A stretch of DNA of 25,619 bases from Bugula neritina (Eukaryota; Animalia; Bryozoa), in the NCBI GenBank assembly GCA_964035545.1, contig CAXIUT010000005.1, positions 1-25,619 on the forward strand, given 5' to 3'. Below are positions 1-10,719 of this stretch, piece by piece (position 1 is the stretch's first letter; the number at the start of each line of letters is the position of its first letter). Made by a program: the position numbers and the translations under genes. The notes beneath the pieces are model-generated. The model had not been told where the DNA came from. It was given only the letters and a program-made list of their open reading frames with translations, and ran no database searches.

Positions 1-106
1 CCCAACCCCAACCCCAACCCCAACCCCAACCCCAACCCCAACCCCAACCCCAACCCCAACCCCAACCCCAACCCCAACCCCAACCCCAACCCCAACCCCA
101 ACCCCA
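1..106. repeat. Left telomere, (CCCCAA)n
   Basis: Perfect C4A2 hexamer array at the 5' end of the contig, the oligohymenophorean (Tetrahymena-type) telomeric repeat. Confidence 0.97.
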
Positions 107-152
107 TATTGATATCTATTCAATTGTCAATTCAATTAATAAATAAAGATTC

Positions 153-1301
153 ATGGCATAACCTCAAAGCGACCACTCTTCTTCCTTCATCTCATAAGAT
201 CAACCCAATATCTTTCTAAGAGTTCTCAGAGCCATAGATATCTTCTCCTTTATTCCTGTTCCCAAAGACGATACAGTCTCAACTAAACCATCTCTCGTAG
301 GGACAGCCTTGTTCTTCATCATCTTCTTCACATACATAATCATCGATTTCGTTGGTTTTGTGACCGACAATCCACCTATTATCCAAGCATACAACACTCC
401 CCTCGACGACAAATACTACACTCTACCTAGTTTTTCATTGGCATTTATGGACAACAACCCAAACTACGACAAAACCTAACTCTATGACAACTTTCTTAAC
501 CACAGCTGGACCACAAAAGTAAAAACAATGGGAAGCTAGAGTTCAGTACCAATCGATATCTCACTAGTAACCTATAATAAAACAACTGGCACCTAAACCA
601 ACTTCGACATGATTAAATGGATGAACACACCAACTAAACAATTCTACTACATTATGAGAACACCAAGTTAACCACTAAAAGCAAGAGGTTTACTATTTTC
701 ATCTAACACTACCGTATATCCATCAATAAAACTAAATTTCTGTCGAGACAACGACACAATCACTTGTCTTTCAGGCATAGATAAAAATCTACTAACAAAT
801 TTTGCTAGAATATTTTTATTTATCCAAGAACTACCTGACAACAGTTCAATATCTATGGATGATATCAGTGCAAATGGCAATGATTACCTCCAGTATAATT
901 TCTTTTTAATTTAAGGATTTTACAAAAGAATAACTATAAATTTCCAAGTAGTTCGCACATAATTACTACCTGATTATTTCTGGAGATGGAGTCACTAAAA
1001 TACACAAACTATACAAATCGATAACATTCAAGAACAAATATCTAAGGTTGATTCGTTAAGTAATAATCCAGATGCTATTGCTTTTAACTTTCAATTATCT
1101 CCTACTATACTAAACAACAGAATTAGTTTTAAAACATTTATTGATCATGTCAGTCTATGGGGTGCTTTCTGGGGAGTACTATTCGCTATATTTGCTTTGT
1201 TCTTTTTAGGATATAATCGAAGAAAATTTTATAAAAAAAATCCCAATTGGGATAAATTCAAAGACTAAGTCAATAGAACATTAAATTCTCATCATGCTTG
1301 A
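153..1301 (+). CDS. Two-transmembrane protein with a large luminal/extracellular loop, 382 aa, function unknown
   Basis: Open from ATG153 to TGA1299-1301 when TAA/TAG are sense. Hydrophobic segments near the N terminus (LVGTALFFIIFFTYIIIDFVGFV) and C terminus (LWGAFWGVLFAIFALFFLGY), with several N-x-S/T sites between. Topology resembles ERGIC/ENaC-like two-TM proteins, but the family is not established. Confidence 0.8.
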
Positions 1302-1400
1302 TCACTATAAATATCTTATTATCTTTATCATAGTTATTATATAAAGGCTAATAAAATTATGCATTGATTTATATGTTATCTTTCAGCAATAAATATAATA

Positions 1401-2429
1401 ATGATGGAGTAAAATTTAACTTTGAGTAGAATCAATAGAAAAAATACAGCCAGAAATTAACTACAAACAGCATATATACGTCTCAATGATTTCATAGAAG
1501 TCATACTTTATCTATTTAGAAACTCAATAACAAAATTAATAGTCGAATACAGCTAGTCCAACAAGTCTATGTTGAAGACTACAAAACTCAAGTTAAATAA
1601 ATGGCCTAAGAACTTGTTAAAATACGATCTGTCCTCGATTAATAACTACTAAAACAAAGAGGTATTTAGATATAAATATAGCTAACTAGAGATTGTTTTT
1701 TTTGGAAGAGGAAAGAGACTTTTTTAGAGGGCAGGTACTCAAACTCAATGAGGAATTGACTAATTTAAGTAAAAATAATACCAAATTAAAATAAGCTTTA
1801 TAAGAATCTAGAGCATAAGCTCAGAATTATAAAAATCTGGTCTCAGGAATGCAAAGAAAAATAGTCAAAATACAAAATTAGGCTTTTTAAACATAAAAAC
1901 TAAAAGATTCATCACCTGTTACATCAATGCCTGTCATCTAAGCTAAATAAACAATATCGACTTTCCAAACTAGACCAGCAAACAGCAAACTTCTACCCTC
2001 TTAAACTATCTCTAGAACTATCTACAGATCAGCAGATCTAAGACGTCAAAAAAGTCATGATATATTGGATAACTAACTAAAGAGAAAAGAGGAAATTCTT
2101 GAAGAATGTATAAAAGATATAAAAAAGAAAATATTTTACCGTACTTTGAATAGTTCGTACTTTATCAATTATTAAGACCAAGCAAAAAAATGTACTTCGA
2201 CTAACACAAAAAGATAACATTCGATAAATTTACAAGAACCGATAAGTAAGAGTTAATTCAGTCTATACTATCAGATCCTAAATTGCTAGATCAATTCTTA
2301 AATTTTATGACAAGTAATAAATAGAGTGAAAGTGGTAGTCCTTTTTCAAAAACGCAAGTAAATAAGGTGGAATTGAAAGATAAATTGTTTAAGTTGAAAT
2401 TGGCAGGAATCAATCGAGAGTATAAGTGA
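1401..2429 (+). CDS. Coiled-coil hypothetical protein, about 322 aa, three 20-nt introns (1500-1519, 1662-1681, 2157-2176)
   Basis: Removing three GT..AG 20-mers gives one continuous frame from ATG1401 to TGA2427-2429. E/K/L-rich heptad segments such as FLEEERDFFRGQVLKLNEELTNL. Confidence 0.72.
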
Positions 2430-2467
2430 TTTCTTAGAATTATATTATTTAAGATTATTTGAATTAG

Positions 2468-3489
2468 ATGTAGATTTAGAAAGAAAAACCTACCATCACA
2501 GATTAGAAAGAACTGCTGGCTTTGTTCATAGATATCGAGTCAAGATGTATCAAGTTGTAGAACTTTGAAGATGCTGGCATGACTGTTGAAGATATGATAT
2601 AGAAAATGATGATAGTACTCCAATCTATCAAAGATATGCAGATGTTTTCAGCGAATGAAACCCTAAAAGAAGTTCACACTGAAATAATGAAGTAAAGTTT
2701 ATTATATTTAGATTTTTGATTTTACCCTATCGATTGGGATGGCTTTATAGTCGTGTTAAAGAACCAAGAATGAAAGCTATTCTTTCAGAAAAAGATTTTC
2801 TTAATTCATTCTTACAACTTATGCAGCAGTTTAGTTGCTAGGAGGAATAAATCTTTCCTAAAAACCTTCATAAAATGTGGTCAGCTCAACTACAAGAAAG
2901 ATAATATAGACCTCCAAGAGATGAATTAATTCAAGCTATGAAAGATAGAAAAACAGCCTAAAAAAGATATTAGAACTGGTAGAAAATAAAAGAATAAAGT
3001 TAAAAGCGTCAAGCTATCAAAGATTACATCACTATTCAGATTCATGAAGCTATAACAATGCTTCGTCATATCTAATAGGAAATAGACATTCTAAAATACA
3101 AAGATTCTCTTCAAAAAGATCAATAAGCCAAAGAAAAACATTAAAATGAGATGAATAAACCTATTCCTAAGATGAAAGTTTGGCAAATTCCTCCAAAAGA
3201 TGTTATTCAGCAATACATGTGTCCATCAGAACAAAGAAAAGATTTTGTTGCTAAAGTATGGCAATAAAATGCAAACAAACCTACCATGACTCTTGAAGAG
3301 GTAGGTCAGATGGAAATAGACAATGCTGAAGCTAGAGCAAAGAGATAAGCCAAACAGAGATAAGAGAACTGGGTTGATACTGACAGTGATAAAGAGGAAA
3401 ATGATGCAAGAATGAAGAAAGAAGCTTAAAGTATGGCATATTGGAAAGATAATCATCAGAAAGGAGCTGGTAACCTTAACAGACATTGA
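2468..3489 (+). CDS. TAP42: TAP42/alpha4 (IGBP1)-family PP2A regulatory protein, copy 1, 333 aa, 20-nt intron 2692-2711
   Basis: Family motifs MFSANETLKEVHTEIMKFLILPYRLGWL (completed across the intron), NLPTMTLEE and C-terminal YWKDNHQKGAGN match the TAP42 pattern FSxNE..LLxPY / LPTMTxEE / WKDxxxxGxGN. Confidence 0.88.
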
Positions 3490-3692
3490 TTTGTTAAAAG
3501 ATATGACTTTATAAGTATAAATTAATCTACAAAATCTTTAGAAATATACTATTTATTTTATTTATTTCCCATTCTAAGATAAAAATGGTTGAATAGTGTT
3601 TTACAGATTGTTATATATATGAATAATATAAAATCAGATAAACTTCATGATTAAAGTAATTGTAATGAAATATGAGTATACATAATTAAATT

Positions 3693-4328
3693 ATGAGTTA
3701 GGAAAAATCAATTACTGTTGAGGTAACTTTTCACCCTTCTGCTAACCTTTAACTGGTTCTTCAGAACATCATCGACGACCATCCATGCGTCGATAACTTT
3801 TAAAAAACTTAAGAAAGTCAGTTACTAATAAGACTAGATTCGATTATTGATTTTCTAGATATCGATTTTATCCAGTCTTATGGAGCTATCTCTTGTAAAA
3901 TTGTCTCATAGAAGGTCTAAGATGAAGAAAACTCAAAGAAACCTGAAGATCTTTACTCAACTTTACATTAATCTGATGAGGAAAGCAGTTAATAATATCT
4001 GAATAGCCATCATTAACTATACTTATAAGGTTTAAACAATCTAAAAATGCCTCTTAAGTGTTAGAGACTAACTTCTCTTGAAGACTAACTGATTTAGTAA
4101 GAGAAAATAAAGGAATATTTTAAATTATATGACAGTGATAACAATCTAAACTGGTAAAAAAAATCAACAGAAGATGAATAGATCTATACCACTCTTGAAG
4201 ACGAATTGATAAAAGATGAATACTAAACCAAATAGACCGAAGGATGGATACCAATGATCGGAGGAATGGCAATGACTGCTATTTTGCTTGGAGGATACAA
4301 AGTTCTTAAACTAGCTTTTAATCAATGA
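3693..4328 (+). CDS. Acidic hypothetical protein with a C-terminal membrane anchor, copy 1, 211 aa
   Basis: Intronless frame from ATG3693 to TGA4326-4328, D/E-rich, ending WIPMIGGMAMTAILLGGYKVLKLAFNQ (tail-anchor-like). Intact in both duplicate copies. Confidence 0.75.
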
Positions 4329-4368
4329 TACTGTTTTTTAATATTTTCACTAATATAAATTTATTGAT

Positions 4369-5897
4369 ATGTCTAGCTGGTTTCTCTTCAACAAAAAACC
4401 AATGACCTATCTGACTAAGTTGATCTTAATCTGTATGCTTTCTACAACTGCGGTATCTATTGTGGACGCACTTCCGGGACTCTATACTGGTATTTGCTTT
4501 TCAATAAAGATCGGATATAAATATGGAGTACTACCGGTTCGAACAACCTATTCACAACAAATGGCTACAACTTCACTAAAACTTGGAGATAAAATCTAAC
4601 AAATATTCAAACTACAGCTCTACTACTTTATAACTTCAAAACGGCTCCTCAGAAAACATTGAGCTACAATGCTGAGATAGTAACATCAAATTAGAATTCA
4701 GCAATAATCAATATAAATCCCACCAGTACAGGCGGTGGTATAATATATCTAGCTTTTACTATTTTAGTAGTAACATAATCAAACCACTTTTTCTAGCTGC
4801 TTACCATCACCCAAACATCTCTAGATCCATCACTAACACAACACTAATTTAACAGTCAAAATTCAAGTTTATCACTAAGTAATATCAATCCAACAGTTAC
4901 ATCTTACTACCAATGGATAACAGCTTCATAAGCCAACTCATCATAAACCAGCATTAATTACCATAACTGGTTGGACGTCGAAATCGATTCCACCTTTACT
5001 TTTATCACTCTATTTCTAGATGCAAGCGATGCTGTGTATCTAACTGGATTTAAGGTGAACATATTGATTCTTGCCTCATAGGCCAATTCTACAACTATTC
5101 ATCAAACAAGAGTTGTATCATAGGATGGCGTTCAATAAGAATATAATTTTATTCATAATTTCGGAGTAGATTAATCTCTATACGGTAAACCTCTGGATAA
5201 ATACAACTGTATCATTGGATTAGATTTACTCGATATCTATCTGATAACTAATGCATAATCACCAAGTTCATATCTATTCACTATGGATAATGTATCCGAT
5301 GTCACTGCCACAGTTGATACATAAGTTGCATCAGTAAAGTTGATAACCATTTGCACAGGAGTACTATGCAGTCCTCGAACATATTATGATGATACAAATA
5401 AAGTATGTTCAACATCTGCCTGTCCCTATGATTGCTACTAGTGTTCGCAAAACGGATATTGCCTCTCTTGCAATACAACTACTGATTTTAGACAGCTTTC
5501 TGGCAATAGATGTGTTCCTATCACTGGATACTACTAGAGCGGCGTAACTGTGGCTGGCAAATGTCCAGATGAATGCGATATCTGTTTTAATTCTGTTCTC
5601 TGTGAGGAATAGAAAACATAATAATAGGATAGCAATTCTCTTTTTTTGTATATATTGATTGGTGCTGGAGGGCTACTAATCATCATAATAATAGTTATAG
5701 CTGTTTTAGTATGGAGATGCAAGAAGAATGAAAATAAAAAGGATAAAAAAGTGACAAATCAGGTTTAGTCTAGTAATAACATCAATACTATAGAAGAAAT
5801 CAATGGCAATAATGAAATTAAACCTGATTAAAATGCTATGGTCAAATAGCAACCATAAATTCCAATGGAATAAAGGGAACCTAATAGATCCCTATGA
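4369..5897 (+). CDS. Type I membrane/surface protein with a Cys-rich furin-like repeat, copy 1, about 502 aa, 20-nt intron 4490-4509
   Basis: Signal-peptide-like N terminus (start could be ATG4402), S/T/N-rich ectodomain, Cys-rich segment CPYDCYECSQNGYCLSC...RCVPITGYYESG...CPDECDIC, one TM helix (LFLYILIGAGGLLIIIIIVIAVLVW) followed by RCKK. Confidence 0.82.
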
Positions 5898-5958
5898 AAT
5901 TAAAGTGTTTGCTTTATCTTGATTTAATCTACATAATTATATAAATTATTTGAATTAG

Positions 5959-6980
5959 ATGTATATTTAGAAAGAAAAACTTACCATCACAGATTAGAAA
6001 GAACTCTTGGCTTTGTTCATAGATATCGAGTCAAGATGTATCAAGTTGTAGAACTTTGAAGATGCTGGCATGACTGTTGAAAATATGATATAGAAAATGA
6101 TGATTGTACTCCAATCTATCAAAGATATGCAGATGTTTTCAGCTAATGAAACCCTAAAAGAAGTTCATACTGAAATAATGAAGTAAAGTTTATAATATTT
6201 AGATTTTTGATTTTACCCTATCGATTGGGATGGCTTTATAGTCGTGTTAAAGAACCAAGAATGAAAGCTATTCTTTCAGAAAAAGATTTTCTTAATTCAT
6301 TCTTACAACTTATGCAGCAGTTTAGTTGCTAGGAGGAATAAATCTTTCCTAAAAACCTTCATAAAATGTGGTCAGCTCAACTACAAGAAAGATAATATAG
6401 ACCTCCTAGAGATGAATTAATTCAAGCTATGAAAGATAGAAAAACAGCCTAAAAAAGATATTAGAACTGGTAGAAAATAAAAGAATAAAGTTAAAAGCGT
6501 CAAGCTATCAAAGATTACATCACTATTCAGATTCATGAAGCTATAACAATGCTTCGTCATATCTAATAGGAAATAGACATTCTAAAATACAAAGATTCTA
6601 TTCAAAAAGATCAATAAGCCAAAGAAAAACATTAAAATGAAATGAATAAACCTATTCCTAAGATGAAAGTTTGGCAAATTCCTCCAAAAGATGTTATTCA
6701 GCAATACATGTGTCCATCAGAACAGAGAAAAGATTTTGTTGCTAAAGTATGGCAATAAAATGCAAACAAACCTACCATGACTCTTGAAGAGGTAGGTCAG
6801 ATGGAAATAGACAATGCTGAATCTAGAGCAAAGAGATAAGCCAAACAGAGATAAGAGAATTGGGTTGATACAGATAGTGATAAAGAGGAAAATGATGCAA
6901 GAATGAAGAAAGAAGCTGAAAGTATGGCATATTGGAAAGATAATCATCAAAAAGGAGCAGGCAACCTTAACAGACATTGA
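5959..6980 (+). CDS. TAP42: TAP42/alpha4-family protein, copy 2, 333 aa, 20-nt intron 6183-6202
   Basis: Colinear with 2468-3489, only scattered substitutions, same motifs and stop. Confidence 0.88.
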
Positions 6981-7183
6981 TTTGTTCAAAGATATGACTT
7001 TATAAGTTTAAATTAATCTATAAAATCTTTATAAATATACTATTTATTTTATTTATTTCCCGTTCTAAGATAAAAATAGTTGAATAGTGTTTTACAGATT
7101 GTTATAAATATGAATAATATAAAATCAGATAAACTTCATGATTAAAGTAATTGTAATGAAATATGAGTATACATAATTAAATT

Positions 7184-7819
7184 ATGAGTTAGGAAAAATC
7201 AATTACTGTTGAGGTAACTTTTCACCCTTTTGCTAACCTTTAACTGGTTCTTCAGAACATTATCGACGACCATCCTTGCGTCGATAACTTTTAAAAAACT
7301 TAAGAAAGTCAGTTACTAATAAGACTAGATTCGATCATTGATTTTCTAGATATCGATTTTATCCAGTCTTATGGAGCTATCTCTTGTAAAATTGTCTCAT
7401 AGAAGGTCTAAGATGAAGAAAACTCAAAGAAACCTGAAGATCTTTACTCAACTTTACATTAATCTGATGAGGAAAGCAGTTAATAATATCTGAATAGCCA
7501 TCATTAACTATACTTATAAGGTTTAAACAATCTAAAAATGCCTCTTAAGTGTTAGAGACTAACTTCTCTTGAAGACTAACTGATTTAGTAAGAGAAAATA
7601 AAGGAATATTTTAAATTATATGACAGTGATAACAATCTAAACTGGTAAAAAAAATCAACAGAAGATGAATAGATCTATACCACTCTTGAAGACGAATTGA
7701 TAAAAGATGAATACTAAACCAAATAGACCGAAGGATGGATACCAATGATCGGAGGAATGGCAATGACTGCTATTTTGCTTGGAGGATACAAAGTTCTTAA
7801 ACTAGCTTTTAATCAATGA
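7184..7819 (+). CDS. Acidic tail-anchored hypothetical protein, copy 2, 211 aa
   Basis: Almost identical to 3693-4328. Confidence 0.75.
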
Positions 7820-7868
7820 TATTCAATGATACTGTTTTTAATATTTTCACTAATATAAATTTATTGAT

Positions 7869-9421
7869 ATGTCTAGCTGGTTTCTCTTCAACAAAAAACC
7901 GATGACCTTTCTGGCTAAGTTGATCTTAATCTTTATGCTTTCTACAACTGCGGTATCTATTGTGGACGCACTTCCGGGACTCTATACTGGTATTTGCTTT
8001 TCAATAAAGATCGGATATAAATATGGAGTACTACCGGTTCGAACAACCTATTCACAACAGATGGCTACAACTTCACTAAAACTTGGAGATAAAATCTTAC
8101 AAATATTCAAACTACAGCTTTACTACTTTATAGCTTCAAAACGGCTCCTCAGAAAACATTGAGCTACAATGCTGAGATAATAACATCCAATTAGAATTCA
8201 GCAATAATCAATATAAATCCCACCAATACAGGCGGTGGTATAATATATCTAGCTTTTACTATTTTAGTAGTAACATAATCAAACCACTTTTTCTAGCTGC
8301 TTAGCATCACCCAAACCTCATTAGATCCATCACTAACACAACACTAATTTAACAGTCAAAATTCAAGTTTATCACTAAGTAATATCAATGCAACAGTTAC
8401 ATCTTACTACCAATGGATAACAGCTTCATAAGCCAACTCATCATCAACCAGCATCAATTACTATAACTGGCTTGTCGCCGATATCGATTCAACCTATACT
8501 TTTGTCACTCTATTTCTAGATGCAAGCGATGTTGTCTATCTAACTGGATTTAAGGTGAACATATTAATTCTTGCCTCTTAGGCCAATTCTACAACTATTC
8601 ATCAAACAAGAGTTGTATCATATGATGGTGTTCAATAAGACTACAATTTTACTCATAATTTCGGAGTTGATTAATCTCTATACGGCAAACCTTTGGATAA
8701 ATACAACTGTATCATCGGATTAGATGTACTCGATATCGATCTAATAACTAATGCATAATCACCAAGTTCATACCTATTAACAATGAGTGGATCTGATGTC
8801 ACTGGTACAGTTGATACCTAAGTTGCCGCAGTATAGTTGATAACCATTTGCACTGGAGTACTATGCAGTCCTCGAACATACTACGATGATACAAATAAAG
8901 TATGTTCAACATCTGCCTGTCCCTATGATTGCTACTAGTGCTCACAAAACGGATATTGCCTCTCTTGCAATACAACTACTGATTTTAGAGAGCTTTCTGG
9001 CAATAGATGTGTTCCTATCACTGGATACTACTAAAGCGGCGTAACTGTGGCTGGCAAATGTCCAGATGAATGCGATATCTGTTTTAATTCTGTTCTCTGT
9101 GAGGAATAGAAAACATAATAATAGGATAGTAATTCTCTTTTTTTGTATATATTGATTGGTGCTGGAGGGCTGCTATTAATCATAATAATAATAGTTATAG
9201 CTGTTTTAGTATGGAAATGCAAAAAGAATAAAAATAAAAAAGATAAAAAAGTGAAAAATCAGGTATAGTCTAATAATAATATTCATACTATAGAAGAAAT
9301 CAGTGGCAATAATGAAATTAAACCTGCTTAAAATGCTATGGTCAAATAGCAACCATAAATTCCAATAGAATAAAGGGACCCTAATAGACCCTATGAAATT
9401 AACCTATTTCCTTCATCTTGA
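7869..9421 (+). CDS. Cys-rich type I surface protein, copy 2, about 510 aa, 20-nt intron 7990-8009
   Basis: Same architecture as 4369-5897. Ectodomain is more diverged and the C terminus runs on to ...RPYEINLFPSS-TGA (9419-9421). Confidence 0.82.
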
Positions 9422-9466
9422 TTTAATCTTATAAATATTAATATTAAATATAAAATAAATAAGCAA

Positions 9467-10576
9467 TCACAGCACTTTACTATCTTTAATAGTCCTCTTC
9501 AAATGCATATAGTGTTACTGACCCATCGCCGTCCTTTCTGATGGAATACCAAACTATTAATCTATTACCTACTTACATTTATATTCCTACAATTCAGTCT
9601 GTTTTCCTTAAAGCTATCCCTGCAATTTATTAATCATGGATTTCAAAAAAACCTATCTCTCCTTTCTGGACAACTCCTCTTCTTTCCTCACCTTCAAGCC
9701 CAACCCCTTCATCATCTGTATCATCTTCTATTCATGATCGAATATTGCCTCATGAAGTCGAATGACTGAATAGGTCGTTATGTCTGTTATATTCTATGAA
9801 GCAATTTCTTGCTAGAGATGCAATTGAGCACTAGAGCTGTTTGTCTGGACATGTCTGATGATAAAGAAGATGATGTTGTTGTTGGGTAGTTGTAATTTAG
9901 TGTAGAGTTAGGGTGTTTATATCTTTTTTAGTTTTTAACTTGAAAATCCAAAAACTCGTCTCATTAGTTGCTATCTTTATAGTTGTACTTTAGATAGTTG
10001 CACTTTATTTTTCCAAACCTCACATCCCTAACTTTCCAAAGACAACAAATCATATCGTTTATTATGACTAAAAGCCGCCAAAGACCATGTCCCCTTCCCA
10101 TACCCCAAACAAACCAAAGCATAATCTAGCAAAACATCAATAAGAGCAATAGACTAAGTCGACCACAATTAAACAGCAACAGCTTTGCATTTCTAACTAT
10201 CAACCAAAAGTAAATTCCTCTCAACAATTTACTCAACATTCGATGAAAACTAAGTCGCATTTTGAATGATCTATCATAACCAATTTTATACTTTAGCAAA
10301 CTAGATAACAGAATTAGACAAACAAAACCAATTATTATTAATTTTGATATTATTTGGTATATCTTTGCAATATCTCTGATCCAAAAACCATCCGTTTGAT
10401 TTTTTATTGCTACCTATGATATTTGTCTATGTCTTTGTTTTGTTCTTTTTGGTTTTAGTGGTCGATGATAGCTGATAATTATGGTTTTATTTGTCTTTAT
10501 TGGAGTAGAGTTGATAGGCTTTTTCTTTATCTTTTGTTAGTAATTTTTTGAAAAATGCCTTTGAAGTATTCTACAT
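9467..10576 (-). CDS. Hypothetical protein, about 362 aa, 21-nt intron 10271-10291
   Basis: Minus-strand frame open from ATG (10574-10576) to TGA (9467-9469) except for one TGA inside GTATAAAATTGGTTATGATAG, a GT..AG 21-mer. No recognised domain. Confidence 0.68.
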
Positions 10577-10719
10577 CTAACGACACTATTATAATATATT
10601 ATTTATTATTGTTGATTTAGATATTTACCTATGAATGATTAATATAAGCAGATAGATTCAATAAATATCATTAGAGTTTAAAAACTATGTAAAAGAATTA
10701 TGATTTAATTACTTTTTAA
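10577..10719. promoter_or_regulatory. Putative bidirectional promoter
   Basis: 143 bp AT-rich spacer between two divergently oriented start codons; inferred from geometry only. Confidence 0.45.

Larger units (their letters stand above)
2454..5930 (+). repeat. Tandem segmental duplication, copy 1 (three genes)
   Basis: Near-identical to 5945-9429. Offset is 3491 nt, rising to about 3500 nt after a small indel near 7820. Confidence 0.95.
5945..9429 (+). repeat. Tandem segmental duplication, copy 2
   Basis: Direct repeat of 2454-5930 with the same gene order and intron positions. Confidence 0.95.

Noticed and set aside
106-150. Possible chromosome-breakage motif next to telomeres (ATATTGATAT here and on the minus strand near 18445)
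   Set aside because: AT-rich, at different distances from the tracts, and absent at the other two junctions.
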